From Gemmatimonas sp. (GTDB lineage: Bacteria; Gemmatimonadota; Gemmatimonadetes; Gemmatimonadales; Gemmatimonadaceae), in the NCBI GenBank assembly GCA_965279375.1, contig OZ257156.1, positions 2,304,001-2,368,000 of the forward strand: a stretch of 64,000 nucleotides of DNA, given 5' to 3'. Position 1 is the first letter of the stretch. Each line of letters begins with the position of its first letter. This document shows, piece by piece, positions 39,209 to 51,532 of this stretch. The position numbers were made by a program, and so were the translations under genes. The notes under the pieces were generated by a model, which saw nothing but the letters and a program-made list of their open reading frames with translations, was not told the origin of the DNA and did no database searches.

Positions 39209-40618
39209 CTACATGTGCAACGCGCGACCGATCGCGCTCAAAGCCGCTTCCTTCACGGTCTCGCTGAGCGTGGGGTGCGAGTGCACCGTGATGCCGATGT
39301 CTTCCGCGCTGCCGCGGTACTCCATGGCCAGCACCACTTCGGACATGAGATCGGACACGTTGGGGCCGACCATGTGCGCGCCGAGGATTTCGTCTGTGGT
39401 AGCATCGACAACGAACTTCACGAAGCCCTGCGTCTCGCCCATCGTGCGTGCGCGGCCGTTGGCACTGAACGGGAACTTGCCGACGCGATAGGCTCGGCCG
39501 CTCGCCTTCACTTCCTGCTCCGTTTGACCAACGGTTGCAATCTCGGGCCACGTGTACACAACGCCGGGTACGGTGCGGTGGTGCATGTGCACCGGCTTGC
39601 CGGCGATGACTTCGGCCGCCACGACACCTTCTTCTTCGGCCTTGTGCGCGAGCAGCTTGCCACCGCACACGTCACCGATGGCATAGACGCCGGGGAGATT
39701 GGTATGCTGCTGATCGTCCACCACGATTTCGCCGCGCGTACCCATCGTCAGACCAAGTGCCGCTGCATCGACGCCGCGCAACAGCGGCTTGCGACCGACG
39801 GACACCAGCACGTAGTCCGCATCGATGCTGGACGGCGCGCCGTCCTTTTCCACGTGAATGGTCACACCATCATCACGCACATCGGCGCCGGTGACCTTCG
39901 TGCCCGTGTGGATCTCGAGGCCCTGCTTGCGGAAGATCTTGTCCGCTTCCTTGATCACGTCATCGTCGTTGCCGGGAAGAATCGTCGGCGCGAATTCGAT
40001 AACGGTGACCTTCGCGCCCAGGCGACGCCACACGCTCCCCAGCTCCAATCCGATCACGCCGCCGCCAACGACGATCAGATGCCGCGGGACTTCCGGAATC
40101 GTCAACGCGCCAACGTTCGACAACACCCGTTTCTCGTCGAAGCGGAGGAACGGCAGCTCCACCGGAATGGAGCCGGTCGCGATGATGACCGACTTGCCCT
40201 GCCACTGGGTCACCACGCCATCGGCGTCGGTGACTTCCACGATGTTGCCCGGCTTGAGCGCACCGAAGCCCTTGGCCCACGTGATCTTGTTCTTCTTGAA
40301 GAGGAACTCGACGCCTTTCGTGTTCTGCGCGACGACATCGCTCTTGCGCGCCATCATCGTCGGTAGATCGAGGCGAATCCCGTCCACCGCGATGCCATGC
40401 TCCGCGGAATGCAATCGCAGCCACTCGTAGTGCTCCGACGAGTGCAGCAGTGCTTTGGATGGAATGCACCCCACGTTGACGCAGGTGCCGCCGAGTGTCT
40501 TGTCGGACTCGACGCAGGTGACAGAGAGGCCCAGCTGGGCCGCGCGAATACTGGCGACATAGCCGCCCGGGCCGCCGCCCAGCACCACGACGTCGGCAGT
40601 GAGGAGTTGGGGAGTCAT
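39209..40618 (-). CDS. lpdA: Dihydrolipoamide dehydrogenase (E3)
   Basis: GGGPGGY, GGTCVNVGCIPSK, GGGVIGLE, LAHKAEEEG, HPTLSE. Confidence 0.97.
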   Translation of the reverse strand: MTPQLLTADVVVLGGGPGGYVASIRAAQLGLSVTCVESDKTLGGTCVNVGCIPSKALLHSSEHYEWLRLHSAEHGIAVDGIRLDLPTMMARKSDVVAQNTKGVEFLFKKNKITWAKGFGALKPGNIVEVTDADGVVTQWQGKSVIIATGSIPVELPFLRFDEKRVLSNVGALTIPEVPRHLIVVGGGVIGLELGSVWRRLGAKVTVIEFAPTILPGNDDDVIKEADKIFRKQGLEIHTGTKVTGADVRDDGVTIHVEKDGAPSSIDADYVLVSVGRKPLLRGVDAAALGLTMGTRGEIVVDDQQHTNLPGVYAIGDVCGGKLLAHKAEEEGVVAAEVIAGKPVHMHHRTVPGVVYTWPEIATVGQTEQEVKASGRAYRVGKFPFSANGRARTMGETQGFVKFVVDATTDEILGAHMVGPNVSDLMSEVVLAMEYRGSAEDIGITVHSHPTLSETVKEAALSAIGRALHM

Positions 40619-40802
40619 GCCGGAAACTTAACGAGGGCGAGGGGGCATTCGTCCAATCGACCGTTCGGACGCTGCGCGTTGAATCGGAGTCGAGCTCCAA
40701 TCCAATTCGCGCGTGACGGCGTATATCGTCGGGCGTCTATCGCACGACAACCGTCGGACGCGACTCCAATCCTCGCATTGAAACGCGAACCGGCGGAAAC
40801 AC

Positions 40803-40844
40803 CACGCGGTACCAGTCACTCTCACGAGTGGCTGGTACCGCGTG
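40803..40844 (-). terminator. Stem-loop between sucB and lpdA
   Basis: cacgcggtaccagtcactc-tcac-gagtggctggtaccgcgtg. Confidence 0.65.
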
Positions 40845-40923
40845 TCCTTTCTGCCTGTGTTTTGTCCCAACACGTACGCGGTCGTTACAGCACGCGCACG
40901 AATCGTTTCGGCGCGTGTTGTTC

Positions 40924-42141
40924 CTAGAGCACCAGCATCGCGGCGGGGTCTTCCATGAGTTCCTTCACGCGCACGAGGAACAGCACGGCCTGCTGCCCGT
41001 CGATGAGGCGGTGATCGTAGCTGAGCGCGATGTACATCATCGGGCGGATCTCGACCTTGCCGGCGATGGCCACCGGGCGGTCCTGGATCTTGTGCAGACC
41101 GAGGATACCGACCTGCGGGTAGTTGATGATCGGCGTGGAGACGAGCGAGCCGAACACACCACCGTTGGTGATTGTGAAGGTGCCGCCGGTGAGGTCATCG
41201 ATGGAGAGCTTGCCGTCGCGCGCGCGCTTGGCGACCGCACCGATGTCCTTGCCGATCTCGACGACGCTCTTGGCGTGCGCGTCCTTCACGTTGGGCACGA
41301 CCAGCCCCGCATCCGAGGCGACGGCGATGCCCATGTTCACGTAGTGCTTGTACACGACGGTGTCGCCATCGAGCTGCGCGTTCACCAGCGGATACGCCTG
41401 TAGCGCGTGGCAGGCGGCCTTCGCAAAGAACGGCATGAAGGACAGCTTGACGCCCTGCTCCTTTTCCACGCGCTCCTTGAGACGATCACGCAGCGCGGAG
41501 ATCGCCGTCATGTCGATCTCGTTGAACGTGGTCAGGTGCGCGGTCATGTGCTGCGACTGCAGCAGGTTCTCAGCAATGCGCTTGCGGCGCGTCGTGAGCT
41601 TCTCGCGCGTTTCGCGCTGACCTTCCGGGGCACGCGTTGCGACTGGGGCTGGGGCTGCCGCCTTCGGAACCGCGGCGGCAACCGTCGCCGGCTTCGGGGC
41701 TGACACCGCCGCGACCACGTCCGGCTTGCTGATCACGCCGCCGCGACCGGTGCCGCTGACCGAGGCGAGGTTGACCCCCGCTTCGGTGGCCAGACGCTGC
41801 GCGGCCGGAGAGACCTTGGCGTCAGGCGCTGGGGCCGCGGCTGGTGCGGGCACGCTCGGCGCGGTGGCGCTGGGCGCTGGCGCACTGGGTGTAGCAACCG
41901 CGCCGCTGCCGGCACCGATCTCACCGAGCGATTCGCCAACGGCGACAACGTCGCCCTCGGCCTTGGCACGAGAGGCGAGGACACCGCTTTCGAGCGCTGC
42001 GACCTCAACGGTGATCTTGTCGGTTTCGAGCTCGACCAGCGTGTCCCCGGCGGCGACAGCGTCGCCTTCCTTCTTGAGCCAGCGGGAAACGGTCGCCTCG
42101 ACGATGGATTCCCCGAGGGGGGGGACCTTTATGGACGCCAT
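40924..42141 (-). CDS. sucB: 2-oxoglutarate dehydrogenase E2 (dihydrolipoamide succinyltransferase)
   Basis: [12 protein letters not shown], lipoyl motif [45 protein letters not shown]. Confidence 0.95.
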   Translation of the reverse strand: MASIKVPPLGESIVEATVSRWLKKEGDAVAAGDTLVELETDKITVEVAALESGVLASRAKAEGDVVAVGESLGEIGAGSGAVATPSAPAPSATAPSVPAPAAAPAPDAKVSPAAQRLATEAGVNLASVSGTGRGGVISKPDVVAAVSAPKPATVAAAVPKAAAPAPVATRAPEGQRETREKLTTRRKRIAENLLQSQHMTAHLTTFNEIDMTAISALRDRLKERVEKEQGVKLSFMPFFAKAACHALQAYPLVNAQLDGDTVVYKHYVNMGIAVASDAGLVVPNVKDAHAKSVVEIGKDIGAVAKRARDGKLSIDDLTGGTFTITNGGVFGSLVSTPIINYPQVGILGLHKIQDRPVAIAGKVEIRPMMYIALSYDHRLIDGQQAVLFLVRVKELMEDPAAMLVL

Positions 42142-42248
42142 GAGGAAAAAGCGATGCGGTGGACTGACAAGGGGAGTGGTGAACGACCAAATATATGACT
42201 CGGACCAGCGAAGTTCGCCCGTTGTCTCTCAAACTCGTGCCTGTGCCT

Positions 42249-43298
42249 ATGACCGTGATGCGCGCCCTGATGATCGACGCCCATGGTGGCATGGACCAGC
42301 TCCGCTACCGGGAAGACCTCCCGATCCCCGAGCTGGTCGGCGCTGACGACGTGCGTGTGCGGGTGCAGGCCGCCGCGCTTAACCGCTTGGACTTGTGGGT
42401 GTTGGGCGGCATTCCCGGGGTGAAGATCCACCCGGGGTGGGTGATGGGATCCGACGGCGCGGGTATCGTGGATGCGGTGGGACCAAGCGTAACCAGCGTG
42501 GCCGTGGGTGACCGGGTACTGCTCAATCCGGGGATCGTAGACCGCGCCTGCCGCTGCGAGTACTGCCAGGATGGGGACCAGCCGTTCTGCCTCACCTACG
42601 GGATTCTCGGAGAACACCGGCCGGGCACGCTCGCCGACTATGTAGTGGTGCCGTCGGCCAATGTGCACCGCTTCCCGGACACGATTCCTTTCGAGACGGC
42701 GGCCGCCTTTCCGCTGGCCAGCCTCACGGCGTGGCGGATGATCGTGGGGAGGGCCCGGGTGAAGGCTGGGGACCAGGTGCTCATCTGGGGAATTGGCGGC
42801 GGCGTGGCACAGGCCGCGCTGCAGATCTGCAAGCACTTGGGCGCGACCGTGTGGGTGACCTCCGGCAGCGAGGAGAAGCTGGCGCGCGCCGCCGAGCTCG
42901 GAGCGGATATCCTGCTGAATCATCGCAACCCAGAGCTGGGGCGCGAGATTCGCGCCCGCACCAACAAACGCGGCGTGGACGTGGTGATCGACTCGGTCGG
43001 TGAGGCCACGTGGGCGCAGTCGTTGGTCGCGCTCGGCAAGCGCGGGCGTCTGGTCACGTGCGGGGGCACGACAGGGCCGCAGCTATCGATCGACGTGCGG
43101 CGAATGTTCTGGAACCAGTGGACGCTGATGGGTTCGACGATGGGCAGCGACGCGGAATTCGCCGCGATGACCGAACTGTTCCGGACGGGAGCGATTCAGC
43201 CGCCCGTTGACTCGGTGTGGTCGCTACAGGAGGGGCGCGGGGCATTCGAGCGCCTGGCCTCGGGCGACCAGTACGGCAAGGTGGTGGTGCGACTGTGA
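42249..43298 (+). CDS. Zinc-binding dehydrogenase / quinone oxidoreductase (MDR family)
   Basis: AAALNRLD, GSDGAG, structural Zn C.CEYC...C, GIGGGVA, GKVVV. Confidence 0.9.
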   Translation: MTVMRALMIDAHGGMDQLRYREDLPIPELVGADDVRVRVQAAALNRLDLWVLGGIPGVKIHPGWVMGSDGAGIVDAVGPSVTSVAVGDRVLLNPGIVDRACRCEYCQDGDQPFCLTYGILGEHRPGTLADYVVVPSANVHRFPDTIPFETAAAFPLASLTAWRMIVGRARVKAGDQVLIWGIGGGVAQAALQICKHLGATVWVTSGSEEKLARAAELGADILLNHRNPELGREIRARTNKRGVDVVIDSVGEATWAQSLVALGKRGRLVTCGGTTGPQLSIDVRRMFWNQWTLMGSTMGSDAEFAAMTELFRTGAIQPPVDSVWSLQEGRGAFERLASGDQYGKVVVRL

Positions 43299-43537
43299 GC
43301 GAGTCTGCCCCCAAGCCGGAGGCGGCGCGCTACTCGGCCGCCGAGGAGAAGGCGCTGCGCGCGGCCGTCGCGGCCGGCGAGGTGCCCACCTGTCCGCGGT
43401 GTGTCGTCCCGATGACGGCACGCCCGATCGGCGGGGGCTCCTTCGGACTGGGCTATCACCGGCAGCGCGAGTGGCTGTTGTGCCCGAACTGCAAACGCAG
43501 CGCGATCTTTGACACGAAACGCGGGACTCGGCTGTAG
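43295..43537 (+). CDS. Small zinc-finger protein (80 aa)
   Basis: CPRC...CPNC; GTG overlaps the upstream TGA. Confidence 0.65.
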   Translation: MSESAPKPEAARYSAAEEKALRAAVAAGEVPTCPRCVVPMTARPIGGGSFGLGYHRQREWLLCPNCKRSAIFDTKRGTRL

Positions 43538-43655
43538 TAGGGGGCAGCCGGCGTCGGGCGCTTCAGAAGTACCGCCTTGATGCATGCATTCCGGCGTGTC
43601 ACTAAGTTTTTCGGAGCGGCACATCCCGAATGTGCCGCCATGCCCACTGCCTGCG

Positions 43656-44606
43656 ATGTATTCGTTGCCGCTTACTCAACCGCTTCATACTCTGCTGCTC
43701 GTTCAAGCCAGCACGACCCGCGGTGACGGTTCTGCCGTCGTCTCCACGTTCACGCAACGCCTCGAGCAGAGCTTTTCCCTGCTTGGCGAATTCGTGCCGG
43801 CGCTCTTTGGCGCGCTCGTCATCCTCTTTGCTGGCTATCTCGTTGCCAAGGTGATCGAGAAGGGGACGCAAAAATTGCTGCGTCGCGTGCGCTTCAATCA
43901 GCTGCTCGAGCGCGGCGGTGTGATGCACGCCGTGGAGCGCTCTGGTTCGCATTTGAACCCGGCGAAGGTCATCGCCAATCTGCTCTTCTGGTTCGTGATG
44001 TTCGCGGTGCTGCTCGTCGCGGCCAATGCGATCGGTCTCGAGTCGTTGGCGAACGTCTTCTCCGAGCTGGTGAGCTACATCCCGAGCGTGATCGCGGCGA
44101 TCGTGATCATCATTCTGGGCATCGTGCTAGGCGGATTTGTCGGAGGCCTCATCATGGCTTCGGCGGGCGCGCTGCACGGTGGGCCTTGGCTGGCGCGCAC
44201 CGGTCGTGTGGGCGTGATCGTGCTGGCGGTGTTCATGGCGCTGCAGGAGTTGGGGATCGCGACGGACATCGTGACGACGGCGTTCGCAATACTCTTTGGC
44301 GCGGTCGCGCTGGCGCTGGCACTGTCGTTTGGTCTTGGTAATCGCGAGCTGGCCGCCGAGGTGACGCGCGAGTGGTATCAGCGCTATCGGGCGGAGCGTT
44401 TGGCGATCGACGCTGAGGCCGCAGCCGAGGAAGCCGAAGACCTGGCTGAAGAGGCGTCGGAGGCCGCGAACGACGCGGACGAGGAGCGTCAGGCCGAGGA
44501 GAAGGTGGCCGCGGAGCGTGCCGCACAGGAGCGCGCCAAGCAGGAGCGTGCTCGCGCGGCGATGGAAGTGGCGCCGATCGCGGCAGCGCCGGGCCGCGGG
44601 GCCTGA
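43656..44606 (+). CDS. TM-helix repeat protein (CmpX/MscS-associated type) with acidic coiled-coil tail
   Basis: FVPALFGALVIL..G, YIPSVIAAIVI..G, ALQELGIA, ALALSFGLG.RE.A. Confidence 0.8.
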   Translation: MYSLPLTQPLHTLLLVQASTTRGDGSAVVSTFTQRLEQSFSLLGEFVPALFGALVILFAGYLVAKVIEKGTQKLLRRVRFNQLLERGGVMHAVERSGSHLNPAKVIANLLFWFVMFAVLLVAANAIGLESLANVFSELVSYIPSVIAAIVIIILGIVLGGFVGGLIMASAGALHGGPWLARTGRVGVIVLAVFMALQELGIATDIVTTAFAILFGAVALALALSFGLGNRELAAEVTREWYQRYRAERLAIDAEAAAEEAEDLAEEASEAANDADEERQAEEKVAAERAAQERAKQERARAAMEVAPIAAAPGRGA

Positions 44607-44741
44607 GCGGCCCAAAAACTCGTTTGTAAGTTGTTGTCAATCAGCAAGTTATGAGCGGCCCGTTGCGTTGATTTTACGTGACGGGTCGCCTACATTTCCG
44701 ACGTTGTCTGCCCGCCGCCGGACCTCCTTCATCGACGTCCC

Positions 44742-47276
<2,535 letters not shown>

Positions 47277-47313
47277 TCACGCTCGGCGCTGTCGTCGCGC
47301 GGTTAAAAGGAAC

Positions 47314-47344
47314 GGGGGGTCAGCGTGGACGCTGGCCCCCCTTT
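47314..47344 (+). terminator. Intrinsic terminator after gyrA
   Basis: ggggggtcagcgt-gg-acgctggcccccc-ttt. Confidence 0.7.
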
Positions 47345-47368
47345 CTGTCGGCAGGTACGTTTAGCGAG

Positions 47369-48361
47369 ATGCAGACCGACTCCCTGATTTCTCTGCGCGA
47401 TCTCGAAGCGGCCGCCGCCGGACTTGCCGGTGTGGCGGTGCGCACGCCGTTGTTGCCGGTCGATGCGCTGCTCGACCGATTCCCCGCCGGCGTGTGGGTG
47501 AAGCCCGAGATGCTGCAGCGTACCGGCGCATTCAAGTTCCGCGGTGCGTACACGTTCATGCGCAACATGATGCCGACGGATCGGGCGCGCGGTGTGATCG
47601 CGCCTTCGTCGGGGAATCATGGCCAGGCGGTGGCGTATGTGGCGCGCATGTATGGCGTGCCCTGCACCGTGGTGATGCCGACTACCGTGACCGCGGCCAA
47701 GCGTGCGGGCGCCGAGAGATATGGCGCAGCGGTGGAGCTCGCGGGGGTGACGAGTCTTGATCGGGCCAATCGCGCGGCGGAGCTGGCGGTGTCGAGCGGT
47801 GCGACGGTGGTGCCGCCGTTTGACGATCCATGGATCATTGCCGGGCAGGGGACGCTGGGGCTCGAGATCGCGGAGGACCTGCCGGACGTGGGCACTGTGA
47901 TCGTGCCGGTGGGCGGCGGTGGTTTGTCATCGGGCGTGGCGGCGGCGGTCAAGCTGCGTTGCCCCAAGGCGCGCGTGATCGGCATCGAACCCGCGGGTGC
48001 ACGCAAGTTGTCGGCGGCGCGCGCGGCTGGTGGTCCGGTCACGCTGCCCAGTTCATCGGGTCTGCCTGATGGCCTGCTGGGTGTGCGCATTGGAACGCGC
48101 AACTACGCGCATCTCGATCAGTACTGCGACGACGTCGTCGCGGTGGAAGATGGAGCGATTCGCTGTGCGATGCGTTTCCTGCTGGACCGCATGAAGCTTG
48201 TGGCCGAGCCGAGTGGCGCGATCACGATTGCAGCGTTGATGGAAGGATTGGTAACTCCGACAGGACCGACGGCGGTCGTGTTGAGTGGCGGAAACATCGA
48301 GTGGGCGGGGTTGCTCCCGTTGATCTCGGATCCTGCGGCGATGCCCGCAACCTCGAGCTGA
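47369..48361 (+). CDS. PLP-dependent threonine/serine dehydratase (catalytic domain only)
   Basis: KPE.LQRTGAFKFRGA, SSGNHGQ, GQGT, VGGGGL, EPSGA, SGGN; no ACT domain. Confidence 0.9.
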   Translation: MQTDSLISLRDLEAAAAGLAGVAVRTPLLPVDALLDRFPAGVWVKPEMLQRTGAFKFRGAYTFMRNMMPTDRARGVIAPSSGNHGQAVAYVARMYGVPCTVVMPTTVTAAKRAGAERYGAAVELAGVTSLDRANRAAELAVSSGATVVPPFDDPWIIAGQGTLGLEIAEDLPDVGTVIVPVGGGGLSSGVAAAVKLRCPKARVIGIEPAGARKLSAARAAGGPVTLPSSSGLPDGLLGVRIGTRNYAHLDQYCDDVVAVEDGAIRCAMRFLLDRMKLVAEPSGAITIAALMEGLVTPTGPTAVVLSGGNIEWAGLLPLISDPAAMPATSS

Positions 48362-48367
48362 TTCCGC

Positions 48368-49843
48368 ATGGCATCATCGCGCATTCTGGTTGCAGACGAC
48401 GACGTGGCTGTGCTCGAGTCCGTGACGTGGCTGCTGAAGGAAAATGGATACGATGTGGTGCCGGCGAGTGGTGGGGCCGCCTGCATGGAGCAGTTGGAGC
48501 GTCGCACGCCCGATCTGCTGTTGCTCGACATCCTCATGCCGGATGCAGATGGCTTTCAGCTGCTCGAGCGCATCAAGGGTGACGAGCGATGGCGCGACCT
48601 GCCGGTGCTGATGCTGTCGGCGCAGCCACCGGAAGAGTCATCGGTGCGCTCGCTCGGGCTGGGCGCGTCCGATTTCATTCGCAAGCCGTATCGCCCCAAG
48701 GAGTTGCTGGCGCGCGTGCAGGCGCAGCTGCGCACCGGCGCGGTGCTGCGCGCAACGCGTCAGGCGCTCACGCGGACGGAGGAGGCGCTCGTACGCGCGC
48801 AGCAGGACGCGGACAGCCGTCGCAAGCTGGTGGACATTCTGCACGAGGTCACGGGCGACCTGTCCGTCTCCGAGCTGTTCCATCTGCTCGTGCGTCGGGC
48901 GGCGCGTGCTCTTGGCGTGTCGCACTGCTCGGTCGTGCTGGCCAAGCCCGGCGAGAACACAGCGGTCGTGGTCGCGGCGTATGAGAATCCCGGCTTGCAT
49001 CAGCTTTCGATTCAGCTCGATCGCTATCCGGAACTCAAGGCCGCGCTGGACAGCGGGCAGCCGGTGCTGGTGGAAGATCTCGACACGCATCCGCTGTACG
49101 CGAACGTGCGTCAGGTGTGGGGCATCGAGGGAATCGAGGTCGCGATCCGCTCGGTGATTGCCCTGCCGTTCTCGATCGAGCGTGGCCAGTACGGTGTGTT
49201 TCTCGTGCGCCGCACGCGGGATCAGGATCGATTTGGTGTCGCGGATCTGGATTTCGCGCAGGCCGTCATCAACGCGGCCGTCGCGGTCATCCAGCGTGCG
49301 CAGATGGTGGAGAGCACGATGGCGGACAATGCGCGCCTCGAGCAGCTCGCGCACACCGATCCGCTGACGCAGCTGCTCAATCGTCGCGCACTCACCGAGC
49401 GCATCACTGCGGAGATGGAGCGCGCGCTGCGCTACGACTCCACCCTCGCGTTGCTGATGATCGACCTCGATCACTTCAAACGCGTGAACGACACGTACGG
49501 CCACCTGGTGGGCGACGATGTGTTGCGCGACGTGGCGGCGCTCCTGAGCGAGACGATTCGCGGAAGCGATATCGTGGCGCGCTACGGCGGCGAGGAGTTC
49601 CTGATGCTGTTGCCGGAGACTGACGACGCGGGCGCGGAACAGTTTGCGGAGCGCATCCGACTCGCGATCGACGAACACCCGTTCGGCGAGGACGCGGACC
49701 ATCCGACGTTGCGCCTCACGGCCAGCATCGGCGTCGCGATGTTTCCCGCTGCGCGCATCGAGTCGGTGGAAGATCTCTTCGCGCGCGCCGACGCCGCGCT
49801 CTATCGCGCCAAGGCCGACGGACGCAATCGCGTGCGCATGTAG
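48368..49843 (+). CDS. Diguanylate cyclase (REC-GAF-GGDEF)
   Basis: Receiver (ADDD, LLDILMP, KP), GAF-like middle, TDPLT.L.NRR, DLDHFK, RGSD I-site, RYGGEEF. Confidence 0.94.
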   Translation: MASSRILVADDDVAVLESVTWLLKENGYDVVPASGGAACMEQLERRTPDLLLLDILMPDADGFQLLERIKGDERWRDLPVLMLSAQPPEESSVRSLGLGASDFIRKPYRPKELLARVQAQLRTGAVLRATRQALTRTEEALVRAQQDADSRRKLVDILHEVTGDLSVSELFHLLVRRAARALGVSHCSVVLAKPGENTAVVVAAYENPGLHQLSIQLDRYPELKAALDSGQPVLVEDLDTHPLYANVRQVWGIEGIEVAIRSVIALPFSIERGQYGVFLVRRTRDQDRFGVADLDFAQAVINAAVAVIQRAQMVESTMADNARLEQLAHTDPLTQLLNRRALTERITAEMERALRYDSTLALLMIDLDHFKRVNDTYGHLVGDDVLRDVAALLSETIRGSDIVARYGGEEFLMLLPETDDAGAEQFAERIRLAIDEHPFGEDADHPTLRLTASIGVAMFPAARIESVEDLFARADAALYRAKADGRNRVRM

Positions 49844-49889
49844 CCGCGGCGCGGCCGCGAGTCAGCGGCCGTTCGTGAGCCGCCGTACG

Positions 49890-50357
49890 TCAGTGGTCGC
49901 GGCGGCGTAGCTCTACGGCGATGCACCGATCCTGTACCACCTGAATGCCGGCCCGCGCGAACTGCTCCGCGGCGGCGTCGTTACGAATGCCCAACTGCAT
50001 CCACACCACGCCGGGTGCGGCGGCGAGAATCGCGTCGACGTGCTTCGCAACGTCTGCTGGGCGACGGAACATGAGCACGAGGTCCGCCGGCGGCGCGATC
50101 GTCGCGAGCGTGCGATGCACCGGACGCCCAAGTATCTCGGTGATCTCCGGATAGTAGACCGGCACAGGTACCACATCGAAACCGAGCTGCTGCAGCGCGG
50201 CAGGCACCGAGTATGACGGCCCGTCCTCGTGCGCTCGCTTGATGCCGATGACGGCAATACGCCGCATCGCGGTGAGAATCTCTGTGATGGCCGACTTCGA
50301 GTTATCGAGTCGCTCCCGCCACGCGCTGTCGCCCTCCATTAACTTCTCCACCGTCAC
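49890..50357 (-). CDS. CoA-binding protein (YccU-like)
   Basis: RIAVIG, DLVLMFR, VWMQLGI, VVQDRC. Confidence 0.88.
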   Translation of the reverse strand: MTVEKLMEGDSAWRERLDNSKSAITEILTAMRRIAVIGIKRAHEDGPSYSVPAALQQLGFDVVPVPVYYPEITEILGRPVHRTLATIAPPADLVLMFRRPADVAKHVDAILAAAPGVVWMQLGIRNDAAAEQFARAGIQVVQDRCIAVELRRRDH

Positions 50358-50386
50358 TCCCCCATCCTCAAGTCTGGAGTTCCCAG

Positions 50387-51532
50387 ATGCGTATGCTCGT
50401 ACTCGGCGCCGGACTGCAAGGTACCGCGTGCGCGTTCGATCTGTTGCACACCCCTCAGGTCGAGCGCGTGCTGCTCGCCGACGTCAAGATCGGCGCAGTC
50501 CCCGCGTTCTTGCAGTCTTTCGTAGGCAATCGCTTGCAACAAGTCGCGGTCGATGTGCGTGACGCGGACGCCGTGCGCGCACTCTTTGCGCAATGCGACG
50601 CGGTGTGCAGCGCGATCCCGTACTACTTCAATCTTCCGTTGGCGCAGCTTGCTGTTGAGGCAGGCGTGCACTTTGCCGATCTCGGCGGCAACACCGAAAT
50701 CGTTCGGCAACAGCAGCAACTCGATGCAGCCGCGAAGGCCAAGGGCGTGAGCGTTGTGCCGGACACTGGCCTGGCTCCCGGCATGGTGAACGTCATTGCG
50801 CAGCACGGCATCGATCAGTTCGACACCGTGGATCGCGTGCAGCTCTTCGTTGGTGGCTTGCCGCAGGTGCCCGAGCCACCGCTTGGCTACCAGATCGCGT
50901 ACTCGATCGAAGGGATGGTGGACTACTACACCACCAAGTCGCTCGTCGTGCGTGATGGTCAGCCGACGGAAGTCGATGCGCTATCGGAAATCGAGACGGT
51001 GAAGTTCGAGCGTCCGCTGGGAGAACTCGAAGCGTTTCACACCGCAGGTGGTCTCTCCACGATGGTGTATCGCTACGCGGGAAAGATTCCCGTGATGGAG
51101 TACAAGACGCTGCGCTATCCCGGGCACGCGCGCATCATGGCGGCCATTCGCGACCTTGGCCTGCTTGGAACCGACGCCGTCGAGGTGAAGGGACAGCAGG
51201 TGGCGCCGCGCGATGTGTTCGTGCGCGTGGCCGGCGAGAAGCTGCACAAGCGCAAACCTGATCTTGTTGCGCTGCGCGTCGTCGTGGCAGGCACGAAGGA
51301 TGGTGTGCAGGGCGTGCGTGCGTGGGAAGTGGTGGACCGTTTCGATCCCATTCACGGCATCACGGCGATGATGCGTACGACGGGTTACACGCTCTCCATC
51401 ACGTCGCAGCTGCAGGCGACAGGCGCCATCTCTGCCGGCGTGCACACGCCGGACGAATGCATCCCCGCCGAGCGTTACTTCTCGGAGCTGGCCAAGCGGG
51501 GCGTGATCGTGCGGGAGATTCTGGCCGACTAG
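50387..51532 (+). CDS. Saccharopine dehydrogenase / lysine 6-dehydrogenase family protein
   Basis: [54 protein letters not shown]. Confidence 0.9.
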   Translation: MRMLVLGAGLQGTACAFDLLHTPQVERVLLADVKIGAVPAFLQSFVGNRLQQVAVDVRDADAVRALFAQCDAVCSAIPYYFNLPLAQLAVEAGVHFADLGGNTEIVRQQQQLDAAAKAKGVSVVPDTGLAPGMVNVIAQHGIDQFDTVDRVQLFVGGLPQVPEPPLGYQIAYSIEGMVDYYTTKSLVVRDGQPTEVDALSEIETVKFERPLGELEAFHTAGGLSTMVYRYAGKIPVMEYKTLRYPGHARIMAAIRDLGLLGTDAVEVKGQQVAPRDVFVRVAGEKLHKRKPDLVALRVVVAGTKDGVQGVRAWEVVDRFDPIHGITAMMRTTGYTLSITSQLQATGAISAGVHTPDECIPAERYFSELAKRGVIVREILAD

